From the NCBI RefSeq assembly GCF_028641065.1, contig NC_073398.1:27094001-27158000 (forward strand): a stretch of 64,000 nt of DNA, in the 5' to 3' direction. The position numbers and the translations under genes were made by a program. This document shows positions 24,706 to 38,070 of the stretch, in pieces. This DNA is from Leucoraja erinacea. Taxonomy: Eukaryota. The first letter of the stretch is position 1; each line of letters starts with the position of its first letter. Below the pieces are notes generated by a model that worked only from the letters and a program-made list of their open reading frames with translations, ran no database searches and had not been told where the DNA came from.

Positions 24706-25967
24706 GTTAGGGAAGAGGAAGCAGTGTGCACACGTTGGGAACAGCAACAGCAGCAGCAGCAACGTGGTGCTGTTGTAGTCGGGGCTGTTGTCCTGCTGCT
24801 GCACTTTGGTTTTGGGTTGGTGGTCGGTTCAGTGGAAGGGGTGATATGAGTGAGGGGGTTGCTCCCTTTGATCAGTGGCTCAGGCTGACGGGACCCCACC
24901 ATCTCGACGTTGTAGAATTATAACTCACCATTATGACCACCATTTCAGTGGGCTTCACCTGTAACGAGCTTTTTTTTCAACATAGCATATATAAATTTAA
25001 ACACACACCGTGAATCACGGTCAGCAAAGCAAGAGTGATGACAAAAATGCTGGAGAAACTCAGCGGGTGAGGCAGCATGGACAGCAGAGTTAAATCTGCG
25101 TTGAAGGTTGGCAAGATACCAGAAAAATCTTTAAGTTTGATCTGAAGTTTCTTGATCTAAGGTTGTCAGCAGTCTTGCTAACGCAGAAGTTGCTGGAATG
25201 ACAGAATTGCATGAAAATTCATAGAAAAGTGGGAACTAGACGCCCTTCAGATTGTATTAAACGGAAAAAGTAAGGTATCTTAATTATAATGGGGCAGTGG
25301 CATGGAACCCCATGAAGCATTTACCTCATGATCTATATTATTAACGGATTAAACTTAATGTATAAGGAAGAAATATGATTGGCAGAAGTTATGAGTTAGC
25401 GTTATTAGGTATAGACAAGGATATGTAGAGGAATTGATTCTGATTCTGTTCTGAAGATAGGCACATAATTGAGGAGTGACTCAGCGGGACAGGCAGCATC
25501 TCTGGGGAGAAGGAAGGGAAAGTGGATTGGGTGAGAAGAAGTTGAAAGAATAATACATCTCAACATAGCACAACTTCTGGCTGGAGTGAGAATTAATAGA
25601 TTTGTTTTTTTGGGCCTTCAAGTTTGAGTTCGTTGGAATTATTAATCCTCTCGATAGAATGGCTTTTACAAAGTGGATCTCCACCCCCTTGTGGTTCAGA
25701 ACAATAGATACTGGCCACTATTTTCAAATCTATGCAGGTGTGGGGCCTGAAGAATGGATTGATATCTTCTGAATAATTTGAGTAAAGTTGACAATTAAAT
25801 TTAAAATTAAATTTCCAGTGCAGGATTGTCAAGTCATGATTTACATGGAATAACAGTCTATGCTTCCACTTTATATACATGTGATGCTGTGCAATTTGGA
25901 ATGTTGTAATTTATATAAGCAGATTTTGATGCAGTGCAGTAATTGATTTTTTTTTCTCTCTGTCTAG

Positions 25968-26111
25968 GTAGCCAGACTTGTCGTGGTTTTGGATATGTCA
26001 CTTTTTCCCTTCCGGAAGATGCCAAAAAAGCGCTGAAAGAAACAAAGTTCTACGATAGCCAGAAAATATTTGCTTCTCTTGCTAAGAAGAAACTTCTGGG
26101 GAAGAAAGAGG
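25968..26111 (+). CDS. RBM28: RBM28 exon 2
   Basis: SQTCRGFGYVTFSLPEDAKKAL... (RNP1); AG/GTgagt. Confidence 0.93.
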
Positions 26112-26793
26112 GTGAGTGCCGCAGCTTTCAGGACAGATAGGACTGTCTGCCAGGGTAACCAATAACGTAGTAGCTCAAACATTGCATTTTTACATAGTCA
26201 GCAAAAAAGTTCATTCTTTCTATTAACTGCAGGTATTAAATATATTTGGACGCTCTCAAAACATTTTATAATTTGCATGGACTCGCAGCATTTTGGACTC
26301 TTCTCTACCAGTGAATTCTCTACATTATGTTATGCTGTAGATTCTGGTATATGCAGTTTGTTGTGTCGTCACTGTGATTTTCAAGCCTGCTTCATTGATG
26401 AAGTACAATCACAACCATAGGTTCAATGTTATCTCCTGACAGTGAGTTGGAGAGACCTTCAATAAATGCTGTTGTTAATACATTGCATTTCTGAGCTCCA
26501 GTGACTTCAGCAAGTTAAGGTTCTGCTGTATACTGGATAAATAGAGTTTGGTTTTTGCATGTATATTTCATCCTGGTGTTAGAATCCGTAGTGACTTGGT
26601 TGAGAGCCCTCTCAACTTTTGAGTTAGAATGTTGCAGACCCACTCCAGAAATCAGCATAAATATTTAGGCCTCATTCCAGTGCCAGTACTGAAGCACATT
26701 GACACTGTTTGAACCTCATCATTCAAATATGTCAAAACTGCAGAAATAAAAAATTACATACCCTTCATTTGAAGAGGAGCAGTTAAGTTATAC

Positions 26794-26886
26794 CTGAAGA
26801 AGGATTTTGACCCAAAAAAATGCCTATTTCCTTTGCTCCATAGATGCTGCCTCACCCGCTGAGTTTCTCCAGCATTTTTGTCCACC
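26794..26886 (+). mobile_element. Hairpin-family single arm with 12-bp TSD
   Basis: Starts at ctgaaga; TSD taagttatacct at 26784-26795 and 26887-26898. Confidence 0.72.
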
Positions 26887-27239
26887 TAAGTTATACCTCA
26901 TGTCGATGCCAATACTAATTCCCCAATCTGTTTTTGCAAAAGAGATTATTTGTATTTTATCATTCAGTACTGAAGGTCTCTTGATCAAAAGAGTTGTATG
27001 AAAACTTAAGACCAGTCTCTTGCTAGTCTCTACAAGGTATGAAATAGCAGCACAAAATTACCTTTAAATTGGACAGGTTTCCAGTTATACTTTTAAGTAA
27101 TCTGAAAATAGGAATAAATATTGGGGGATAGAAATGAAGGTGGGATAAATATGCTCTGTTGTTTTACAGAGGGATCTTTACCCTGTATTTAAACTCAAGG
27201 GATTTATACTGTGTACTGACCAGGAATACTGAAAACACA

Positions 27240-27460
27240 AGATAGACACAAAAAGCTGAAGTAACTCAGCGGGACAGGCAACTTCTCTGGAGAGAAGTAA
27301 TGGGTGACGTTTCGGGTCAAGACCCTTCGACCTGGAACGTCACCCATTCCTTCTCTCCAGGGTTGCTGCCTGTCCCGCTGAGTTACTCCAGCTTTTATCT
27401 ATCTTGTCTATTTTGTCTTATCTTCGGTTTAAACCAGCATCTGCAGTTCCTTCTTGCACC
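27240..27460. mobile_element. Palindromic hairpin element with 13-bp TSD
   Basis: Inverted arms; TSD tactgaaaacaca at 27227-27239 and 27461-27473. Confidence 0.8.
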
Positions 27461-27536
27461 TACTGAAAACACACTTGTTTATGAAATCATTTTCATTAAT
27501 TTAAAATAAATTAATAATTACGTTTTAATTTTACAG

Positions 27537-27628
27537 CCCCCAAGGAAGCTCCTAAAATAAATGTACAACAGAAAACACAGAAATTGCAGAGAAAAGCAAG
27601 GTTGATTGTTCGAAACCTGAGCTTTAAG
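27537..27628 (+). CDS. RBM28: RBM28 exon 3
   Basis: ...KARLIVRNLSFK; ttacAG/GTacta. Confidence 0.92.
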
Positions 27629-29459
27629 GTACTAATTAAGAATCAACTTGTGGTCTAACATCAGTTGTAATCGTCATTTAGTTTGACCATGTCTGAAATA
27701 GTCTGTTTACCTCTTATTTGTTAAACATGTGATGATCTAAACAAAAACCAAAATTGCAGTAACTGTGGGATGGGAATAGAAACAGGATTACTATTTCAGC
27801 TTGTCAGAGTTGGGAAAGAGAAAAGTTTTTTTCTAAATATTTAAAGAAGGCAGGGAAAGGGATGGATAGGACAAAAGAGAATAGCTGAAGACCAGGCCAG
27901 TGTTGTAGGTATGATGGGAAGTTAGAAGGTGACAAAGGAGTAGATTATTTTACAAACAACAACCCATGGTGTGCTAATGGAGAGGAAGATAAAAAGTTGA
28001 ACCAATTAAACACATGGATGACTTACGACAAAAATGGCCAATTCTTACCCGTACAGAGAAAGTGTAATCTCCCCCCATAGCCCAGCAAATGCAATCCTTT
28101 TCGATGCTCATTCAGGCTTCCTTTGAACACAACTATCAAATAATCCTCCATTAGTATACTTGACAGTATTTAAAAAAAGTATCCTCATCAAATTTTTGGT
28201 GCTTCTGCCTATGTCCCAGGCTCTTGACCCCTGCCTCCAGTGGAATAGTTTATCTCTGTCAATCTGATGACACGCTCCTTGTTTTTAAATAGCTCTATCA
28301 GATACCCTCAAAACTTCCTATGTTTCAAGAAGAGCAATTCCAATTTCTTCAATCTGGTCTTCCCTGGAAGCAGTGTTTTTTTTTTTTTGGTTCTCCACCC
28401 TCATTAAGTGCTGCGCTCTGGACGGGACATGGTACTCTGCGTCAGTGTTTTATAGGAGTTTGTTGTGACTTCCTGCTCTTGTATTCCATGCCTCTGTTAA
28501 ACAATGCTCGGTATCCCAGGAGATGGTAGTTAAATTTCCCAAGCTTGTATCCCACAATGGCAACTGTGGGAAATAGATTTGGATAATGTAAAAAAAAAAC
28601 TAGCCAGAACTACAAAACCTCCATGTCGGTCTGACTGATTTGTGAATCAAACTAAACATTGTAATTGGCTCAACCACGACAGTTCCCATGTACATTTGGA
28701 CGGCTTGATTGTAATTATGTGTAGTCTTCCTGCTGAGTGGATGGCACGCAACAAAAAAGTTTTCACTGTATCTAGGTAGATGTGACAATAAAATAAACTA
28801 ACTCCACAACAATTTTATTGACTCTGAAATAGCCTAGAAAGCTAGGGGCAATTAAGAATGGCCAATAAATACTGGTTTTGCCAGCACTACCAATGTTTTA
28901 AAAATGAATAAATAAAAGTCTCTCATACTTTTTTTTGGTCATTTTCTTTACCTGTCATGCCACTTTTTATGAATCATGTACATATTACTGACTCCAATCC
29001 TGTGTAATCCTTATAGAATTGTGCCCTTTGACTGAAGTGTTTCTTTTTATTCTTCTCACTGGAAAGTAACCACACATTGTGTTGAATTTCTTCTACCTTT
29101 TATCTGCTCATTTCACCCACCGTAATTTTTTTTCCCTTGATGTCTCGACTTGAAGTCTGCTGTTTTCTTTAGATTGCGGTTTTTCTGAGTCTAGCACCTC
29201 TGGTGAATTTCACTGTACACTTCCCTAAAGTCCAATATCAATTCATGGTTTCCTAGCCAATTTTCTATCCCTGTTACTACACTCCCTTTCATTTTACACC
29301 ACCAATCTTAATATACTTATTTTGTGGCTCTGTTTACTTATCAACCACCTTGGTCTACATCAATAAACTCCAGCAAGATTTGTTTGGTACCATTTGAACA
29401 TTTGCATGCTGACTTTCTCTACTGAACGGACATTTGTCCACTTGATTCATAATTTATGT

Positions 29460-29700
29460 GAATGTGAATTTATGGAATTCTCTGCCACAGAGGGCAGTGG
29501 AGGCCAAGTCACTGGATGGATTTAAGAGAGAGTTAGATAGAGCTCTAGGGGCTAGTGGAGTGAAGGGATATGGGGAGAAGGCAGGCACGGGTTATTGATA
29601 GGGGACGATCAGCCATGATCACAACGAATGGTGGTGCTGGCTCGAAGGGCCGAATGGCCTCCTCCTGCACCTAGTTTCTATGTTTTTATATGTTTCTATA
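29460..29700 (+). mobile_element. CR1-like LINE 3' end
   Basis: gtgaatttatggaattctctgccacagagggcagtggagg... plus ctatgttt tail. Confidence 0.85.
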
Positions 29701-29971
29701 ATTCTGTCCCCAATTATTGTTTCTCATGCCTTTCTCATCATTGAGGTTAAACTGGTCTGAGAGTTAATGACTTGTTCCTACAGCCTATTTTATGACCAAT
29801 AATCTAGCATTTGCAGTTCTACAGCCTTATGCACTAGACCCTAAATCTATTGTTTGGAAGGTTATGGCTAGGACTTGTGCAGTTTCCTCTCAACTTTCCA
29901 TCTGGCCTCAGTGGTTTATCCATGTTAAATGTAGCTTGCTTGTCCTTCTAGGAGATCCTCTTTTTACTATT

Positions 29972-30036
29972 CCCCCCCCCCCCCCCCCCCCTCCTCCTCC
30001 CCCCCCCCTCCCCCCCCCCCCCCCCCCCCCCCCCCC
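29972..30036. repeat. Poly-C tract (~65 nt)
   Basis: Near-pure C run with a few T interruptions. Confidence 0.9.
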
Positions 30037-31129
30037 AAGATTGAATCCCAACTGAATGTTTATTTGGTGAGACTTCAGCAGTATCATTGTCCTTGGTGAG
30101 AACTGATGTAAAGTTACTACTTCAGCTGTGCCCTTAATGCTTCATGAGAAAAATCTTAATTTAAGTATATATTTAATGGTGGAAATTATATTTTTCAAGT
30201 ATATAGATAAGTATAAAATACATAATTACATTTAAATTCAGCAAATTTTAATTTGTAGGTGGATCTGTGTGGGAATTTGGTTGAAATGATCATTGATTCA
30301 GAAAGTGACCCAGGATTTGAGTATGGAAATATTTGGGTTATCTCTGCGCTGTCATCTTTTGAGGGCAGGGTTTCTGATGCATAGTTTGTGAGAAATACTG
30401 ACACCTTGAAGGGAATTTACATAAATGAGCATTTCATTCACTGGGGCTCAGAACATTAAAGATTGAATTGGCGGAATTTTTCACGATATTTGGACAACAT
30501 GGTGAGGTTGGAGAAAAATGAATTGGAACCAGAGGATATGGTTTTACATTAGATCCAGGTGTTTCGGAGATGAAGGGCCAGGGTTATAGAGTTTGTGGTT
30601 GGCAGAGAAAATGTTGGCTTTGGTATTCTTACTGTTGAGCTGAATAGAATTGTTTTTGGTCCAAGATTGGACACTTGAAACACACAGCCAGTAGAAGGGG
30701 AAAGTGAGGAGGAGGGTAGTGATATGGGCAGCTGTGCCAAATACTGCAGGCAAGATGATCCAAGATAATGCTACATGGACACAGTCATAGAGATATCAGT
30801 CGACCAGGTCTCTTAAATGATGAACCCGAGAGAGATTTGAATATACATAAGATGGTCATGGGTTTGGGGGATGAAGATAATTATATTGCAGAGGGATTGA
30901 GAAATGAATCAGTATTTTGCACAAACTGTAATTCAGAATTAGTTTTCTTTGGGCAAATTTATAGTTATCTTTTTCGCAAGAAGCATTAGAGATGAAGTTG
31001 TTGATGTATCAATCATCTCCAATTTCTATCGGCTACATTTTATCCATTTAAATATGACACTGCTTGAGAGAGTGATGATTGACCTCAGAACAGTAATGTT
31101 TTGCCCAATGGATGTTTCTTTCCTTTCAG

Positions 31130-31202
31130 TGTTCAGAAGGTGATTTGAAGACAATTTTCTCACAGTATGGGACTGTGCTGGAGGTCAACATACCTACCAA
31201 AG
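31130..31202 (+). CDS. RBM28: RBM28 exon 4
   Basis: [24 protein letters not shown]; tttcAG/GTtagt. Confidence 0.92.
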
Positions 31203-31579
31203 GTTAGTTTTAAAATCGGGAAACCCGGTGCTTTAGATGGTTAGCTAGAACCAGAACAGTACAACACAAGAACGAGCCCTTCGGCACACAATGACTGTGC
31301 CTAACATCAACTCTTATATTTCCATTCCCTGTATATCTGTATGCCTATCCAAAGGTCTCTTAAATGCAGCTGTCATATCTGAGTCCGCCACCACCCCTCG
31401 TAATGCATTCCAGGCACTCACCACCCTCCCTATTTTTTTTTTTTTTAATTGCCTTGTGCATCTCTTTAAAACTCTCACCTTAAAGCTATGCCCGCTAGTA
31501 TTTGCTATTTCCATCCTGGGGAAAAAAATGATTTTGACTGTCTACCCTATCTGTGCCTTCCATATTTGTAGATACTTTT

Positions 31580-31960
31580 ATATAAGGCATGAGGAACGTA
31601 TAGCAGCCAATGCACACCCATTGCCAGACACCCATTCCTGAAAGGTACTTTTACATTCCTTGTAGCCTTTTATGACACAGTCGCCTGACTTCTGTTTGAT
31701 TACGGAGATCATACTTGCCCTTCTTGGACAGTGTTTTATCATTCTTCTTGAAATCTTGGATTTGCACTTTGGCACAGAGTGAATCTCCATGTTCATCCAA
31801 AGTTTCTGGTTAGGATGCACCCTAATTATCTTTGTCGTAGCGCAGCTGTCTATGCATTTCTTGATGAAATCAGTGCTGACCGAGGATGAAGTTGTCTTGA
31901 ACACATTTCAGTCCTGCGACTCAAGGCAGTTCTGAACTAGGTACTCAAACCATTGCTGTT
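31580..31960 (-). mobile_element. Rex1/Babar-like LINE ORF fragment; a related fragment lies at ~61350-61700
   Basis: TDFIKKCIDSCATTKIIRVHPNQKLWMNMEIHS resembles the PNQKPW region of Rex-Babar ORFs. Confidence 0.6.
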
Positions 31961-32160
31961 TGTTTTGTGCCTGGGATATTTGTGTTGGGCTAGGCAACTT
32001 CCCACTCATCTGAAAGATGTTTTTGAAAAGTAAGTGACACAAAATAAGTAAATTGTTTTAAATAGAGAGGAAAATACCTGGTACAAATATTTTGCAAGGA
32101 AGGGTGATCATATGAAAGAGCAGCAGAGACAGAATAATTGGCCATCACTTTCAAAGAATG

Positions 32161-33018
32161 GGCGGCGCGGTGGGGCAGTGATAGTGCTGCTGCATTACAG
32201 GGCTTGCAGCGCTGGAGACCCGGGTTCGATCACGACTACGGGTGCTGTCGGTACGGAGTTTATACGTTCTCCCCGTGACCGCATGGGTTTTCTCCGAGAT
32301 CTTCGGTTTCACAGGTTAAAGTAGAATTAGGCCATTCGGCCCATCGAGTCTACTCCGTCATTTAATCATGGCTGATCTCTGCCTTCGAATCCCATTTTCC
32401 TGCCTTCTCCCTATTACTCCCGATACCAGTTTTAATCAAGAATTTGCTTATCACTGCCTTCAAAATATCCACTGACTTGGCCTCTACAGCTGTCTGTAGC
32501 AATGAGTTCTACGGATTAACTACCCTCTGACTAAAGAAGTTCCTCCTCGCCTCCTTTCTAAAAGAACACTATTTAATTCTGAGGCTATAAACTCTGGTCG
32601 TAGGCTCTCCCACCAGTGGAAACATCCTTTCCACATCCATTCTATCTACGCCTTTCATTATTCTGTACGTTTCAATTAGGTCCCCCCTCAACTTTCTAAA
32701 TTCCAGCGAGTAGAGTTTCCCAGTGCTGTCAAAAGCTTATATATATGCTAACCCACTCATTCCTCGAATCATTCTTGTAAACCTCCTCTGGACCCTTTCC
32801 AGAGCCAGCACATCCTTCGTCAGATATGGGGCCCACAATCTACTTGCAGTACTCCAAAGATACAGATTTGTAGGTTAATTGGCTTGGGTTTGTATACTTG
32901 GTATAAGTATAAATTGTCCCGTGTATGTCTAGGCTTGTGTTAATGTGCGGGGATTGCTGGTCGGTGCGGACTAGATGGGCTGAAGGGCCTGTTTCACTCG
33001 TACCGCTAAACTAAACTA
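32161..33018 (+). mobile_element. HE1-like SINE split by an antisense CR1 3' fragment (~32320-32860)
   Basis: SINE head at 32161-32312, CR1 tail ggccattcggcccatcgag on the minus strand, and the SINE resuming at ctccaaagatacag to ctaaactaaac. Confidence 0.8.
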
Positions 33019-33554
33019 ACCTGGTTTTCTGCTGCATCTTTGATTCTGTGCTATATGATGTAGTTTTCTGTTTTCGTGCTGGAACTATGATTATTAAGGC
33101 TACAAAATCTAGTTCCTGTGAAATAAACAGTGAGTGAACATATTTGTTGTGCACTCGACAGCAGGTCAAGTCCCACGTTGAGATTACCTTGTGGAAACTA
33201 TGTCTTTTAAAACCACAACGTCCAGTTCCCATCAAATAAACAGTGAGCATGTGTTAAGGATCAATGATCTTAAATATTAGTTCTGTTTCTCTTTTTACCG
33301 ATGCTGCATGATTCATTAGCTCCAAGCTTTTTCTGTAACTGGCCCTTGATCTGCTGTTGAGTACACAACAGCCATGTTCGTCTTGACTCCCGCATTGAGA
33401 TACCTGACTTGGTATTTTTAAAGTGGGATTACTGAGGTTAGATGTTACAGAGGTTCTGTTAATTCCCATAGTGCTTTTGTGATCAACTGTTAGGCAGGAT
33501 TGGCTGTGGGGATTTGGGTAGCTAGCACATAGGCAGATAAATATTAATATTAGT

Positions 33555-34058
33555 CCATAGAGGGAGTGCAGAGACGGTTCACCAGACTGATTCCTGGGAT
33601 TTGTCAGGACTGTCTTATGAAGAAAGACTGGATAGACTTGGTTTATACTCTCTAGAATTTAGAAGATTGAGAGGGGATCTTATAGAAACTTACAAAATTC
33701 TTAAGGGGTTGGACAGGCTAGATGCAGGAAGATGCTCCCGATGTTAGGGAAGTCCAGGACAAGGGGTCACAGCTTAAGGATAAAGGGGAAATCCTTTAAA
33801 ACCGAGATGAGAAGAACTTTTTTCACGCAGAGAGTGGTGAATCTCTGGAACTCTCTGCCACAGAGGGTAGTTGAGGCCAGTTTTTGGCTATATTTAAGAG
33901 GGAGTTAGATGCTTCTTGTGGCTAAGGGGATCAGGGGGTATGGAGAGAAGGCAGGTACGGGATACTGAGTTGGATGATCAGCCATGATCATATTGAATGG
34001 CGGTGCAGGCTCGAAGGGCCGAATGGCCTACTCCTGCACCTAATTTCTATGTTTCTAT
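33555..34058 (+). mobile_element. Young CR1/HER1-like LINE 3' end
   Basis: Near-identical to the reverse complement of 5642-6149. Confidence 0.9.
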
Positions 34059-35144
34059 AAAGGAAAACCAGGTGGGGTTCTCGGTGAAATCAAAGGATCA
34101 GTTTTTTGGTTTTTGCCAGGTACTCTCCCAGTAGGTAGTTTATTGATTAATTGAGCAGTGTTCAACTGCTCAAGGGCCAGTAACAGAAAATGCTTGGAAC
34201 TAGTAAATCATGCAGCAAAAAGAGAAACGGAGCTAATATTTCTAATCATTTGTAAAAGTTTGCTTCTTAAAACAGACAACAACACAAACGGTTAAAGGTA
34301 AACCAAGTCAAGCTTTAATCGATCGTCAGACTGGAGTGGCGGGGACCAGTGCAAATAGTATACAGCTATACTCTTTTGCTCCACGTACTTCCACTCTCCA
34401 AGCAAAGAAAGGTTAGTACAGTTGTACTCATCCCTTATCAATAAAACACTCCTACCAAGTCCGAATATGACATGACTGAAAGATACTACAGCTTTTCAGA
34501 ATACAAGAAAAGCTGGGTCCACATCAGGTTCCTCCAATAACAGGTTATTGCTTATCTGACTGCAAGCTTCCATCTTAATTTCTATAATAAAACAACAACT
34601 TTTACTCCATTTTGTGCACTACATAATATCTGCAAAGTCAGCAGTATTATACAAACTTGGCGTAGTCATTCTTTTGTTCTTCACCAGACCTTACGTTCTT
34701 ACAGTAAGTTTCCATCTTAAATTAGTAAGAAGAACAATTACAATGACTCCATTTTCTGAACTCTGTATTAACTCGTTCACATTGATCCTTAACCCTTGCT
34801 CACGGTTTATTTGATAGGAACTGGACTTTGTGGCTTTAAAATACATGGTTTCCACAAGGTAATCAAATGCTACACCTTGGGCCCGAAATGTGCATCATGA
34901 TTGTTTCCAGCATTATTTGTTTTTATTTTGTGTCAGCTTTAAAAGAAAAAATTCAATAACAGATTAAAGCTGGCTTATATTGATGAGGATAGGACAAGTA
35001 GAAAATATGGGATAGAATGCACAGCAGCAAACATTTTAAATCCGCTGTGCAGAAAATAGTCAGTAAAATGATTCCTGAAATGTTTTTTTGCAAATCATGC
35101 TCCAGGTTACTGAATGTTTTGGATATTTTCACTCTCTCTCTCAG

Positions 35145-35237
35145 ATGGGAAGATGCGAGGGTTTGCATTTGTTCAGTTCAAGAATGTTCTGGAAGCTGGG
35201 AAAGCCTTGAAAGGAATGAACCTGAAGGAAATGAAGG
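35145..35237 (+). CDS. RBM28: RBM28 exon 5
   Basis: [31 protein letters not shown]. Confidence 0.93.
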
Positions 35238-35752
35238 GTAATGAGAGAATTTTGACAAGTACGGTGAAATGGGGAAGCTGGGTTGAGGGATAGCAGGTTG
35301 AAGGGCACAATATCACTGATTTGGGACTCCTGTGATTTTTGGGGGTAAAGGTGGATGTGGGATTGGTTGAGGTGGAGGGACAGGACAGAGGCAGAGTGGG
35401 TGAGGCGAGACATGATTTACAGAGGGTGGGGAAAGGGGAAGGATATCAGCAGGTGAACGGATGGTGGGTGGCAGTGGAGGAGGGGTTGCTGAGATGAGAA
35501 AGAGAAAGTCGGGAGGAAAGACAGGAAGGCTGATTGGGAGGGGTGAAGGAGAAAAGAATGAGAATTGGGAGTTGGCAATGAGATAAGAAGGGTGAGGTGC
35601 ATACAGGAGGATAAGGTCATTGGTGGAACGACGAGATGACGGAAGTAGTGGGATCTAGTGAGAATGGGCAACTCTGGGGCAGACGGAGAAGTGGTTGGTG
35701 GCAGCAATGGCATGTGGAATGGATTGTGTCTGATCTTGTGTTGTTCATCCAG

Positions 35753-35824
35753 GGCGTCCGATGGCAGTGGACTGGGCAGTGGCAAAGGACAAGTACAGAG
35801 CAAAGGTGGATGCTGCTAATGCAG
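35753..35824 (+). CDS. RBM28: RBM28 exon 6
   Basis: GRPMAVDWAVAKDKYRAKVDAANA; 72 nt, phase 1/1. Confidence 0.92.
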
Positions 35825-36512
35825 GTAATACAACAACTCCTTACAGCTTATGAATAAATTAAAGTTGTGGGGAGTAAAGAGTTCGGGGACATTTTCCAGT
35901 GTTTTCCCACTCAGCAGCTTTTCCTGCAGTTTGTTGCTCATCTTTCTTTACTACAACATTAATTGCATTTATGTAGCATCCTCAACATAATTCCAGTGAA
36001 TGCTTCGATTCCAATAAGAGTATACATTCCAATAAGTCTTAAAAGGACAGAAAAATTGGTAGGTTTTTTAGAAATTTAATGAATGACAAAGAGGAATATG
36101 TCGAGAAGGTTTTCAGATGTGAGGTGATTTAATTTCAATGTCCAAGAGGCCAAAACTGAAGGAAAGGAGTGATCTACAAGGGTTGTAGAATTGATAAGTG
36201 ATGGAAATTGGAAGGATTAGAGCCTGCAGATATTTGAACTGAGCTGTTTAAAAAAAAAAAGACGAAGTGCCGGTGTAACTCCAGCACCTGCAAACTCCAT
36301 CCTCCTGTATGCACCGCCCCTTCTCATCCCACTGCCAGACCCAATCAACCCCATTCTCATTTTTGTAAACCAGCATCTGCATCCTTGTATCCACATGAGC
36401 TGTTTTAAACTAGGCTTTGCTGAACCGGGTGTGAGTGTTGCTAGTCAGGAAATAATTTTCTCTTGTAGTGCCATTTGGAATTCTCAATGCAATACATGGT
36501 TATTATTGACAG

Positions 36513-36660
36513 GAGCTGGGAACAAGGAAATGCATTTGGATGTAGTTAATGATGAAGGGAATGAAGAAGAGGATGGTGAGAGTTCGATTAAATACAAAAA
36601 TACTGAACCTACAAAAGACCAGAAACCCAAGGTGCCTTGTAAAACAGCTCCCAAGAAAAG
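36513..36660 (+). CDS. RBM28: RBM28 exon 7 (linker)
   Basis: Open frame GAGNKEMHLDVVNDEGNEEEDGE...APKKR; phases fit exons 6 and 8. Confidence 0.78.
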
Positions 36661-37082
36661 GTAAATGAGCATAAATACTAATTGTCTCAAACACTGTTTT
36701 CCTATCCATTGTTCCTGGACCAAACAGCTGCCTTCTCTGTAGAAAAAAACTGTCCCGTGATTGGTGTCACTGGAATGTGAGCTGAAGGGACTGAACAGTT
36801 TCATTGTGTTCATAATACACAGTTTACACAACACAGCAAGAAATGGTCAGATGCAAGAACCATGGTTGTTTGGAGCATAGAGACACAAAATGGTAACAGC
36901 CCCTTCGGCCCAACTAGTCCATGCTGAACATTGATCATCCGTTCACACTAATTCTACGTGATCCCACTTTCCCCATTTTTATTTCCTCCACAGCCAGATG
37001 CAGTGGAAGCTGATTCTTGTATCCATTCTACTGTCCGGTTGGGATCCTGGAATTCTAGAAATTGAATTGATTATACTAGACG

Positions 37083-37680
37083 TAGGGCTTGTATACAAAA
37101 ACAGGGATGTAATGTTGAGGCTCTATAAGGCACTGGTAAAGCTGCATTTGGAATATTGGGAGCAATTTTGGGCACCATTACTGATGAAGGGTGTGCTGGC
37201 TCTGGAGAGGATCCAGAGGAGGTTTACAAGAATGATCCCAGGAATGAGTATGTTAACTTACGATGCGGATTTGTCGGCACTTGGCCTGTACTCGCTGGAG
37301 TTTAGAAGAAGAGGGGGGGGACCTCATTAAAACATACAGAATAGTGAAAGGCTTGGATGGAGTGGATGTGGAGAGGATGTTTCCACCAGTGGGAGAGTCT
37401 AGGACTAGAGGTCATAGCTTCGGAATTAAAGGACGTTCTTTAGTCAGAGGGTGGTGAATCTGTCAGAGGGTGGTGGAATTCTTTACCATGGAATGCTGTG
37501 GAGGCCAAGTCAGTGGATATTTTTAAGGTAGAGATAGATAGATTCTTGATTAGTATAGGTGTCAGAGGTTATGGGGAGAAGGCAGGAGAATGTTGTTGGA
37601 GAGATAGATCAGCCATGATTGAATGGTGGAGTAGACCTAATAGGCCAAATGGCCTCATTCTACTATTCCTTATGACCTTA
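37083..37680 (+). mobile_element. CR1-like LINE 3' fragment
   Basis: YKNRDVMLRLYKALVKLHLEYWEQFWAP...LERIQRRFTRMIPGM. Confidence 0.87.
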
Positions 37681-38070
37681 TAGAAAAGAGTGCAGAGAGG
37701 ATTGATCAGGCTGTTGCATGGGATGGAATATTTGAGCTAAGGGATAGACTGGACAGGCGAGGTTTGATTTCCTTAGTGTGGAGAAAACTGATTAAGCTAT
37801 TCAAAAGTATGACATTGATCTCAGTCCTACTGAAGAGCTGGCCATCTGATGAATGACCTGTCCTGGCTTCCCAGTGTTCCCAAGGCCCCAAGAAAGCCCC
37901 CCCTTCTTGTTTCTAACTGCATACCAATCTGCTTTTTGGTTTTTACCTGTATAGCAGTGGGAGTAATCCAGAGATTACTACTTTTGAAATCCTACTTGTT
38001 CAACTCTGACCTAAAAAGATCTCAGTTCCTGTCCTCCTTATATCATTAGTACAGATGTATGTAATTTTTT

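Noticed and set aside
24645-24923. Poly-Cys / poly-Ala ORFs
   Set aside because: Translations of the CAG/CTG microsatellite in RBM28 intron 1.
29792-30055. Poly-proline ORF
   Set aside because: Artefact of the poly-C tract.
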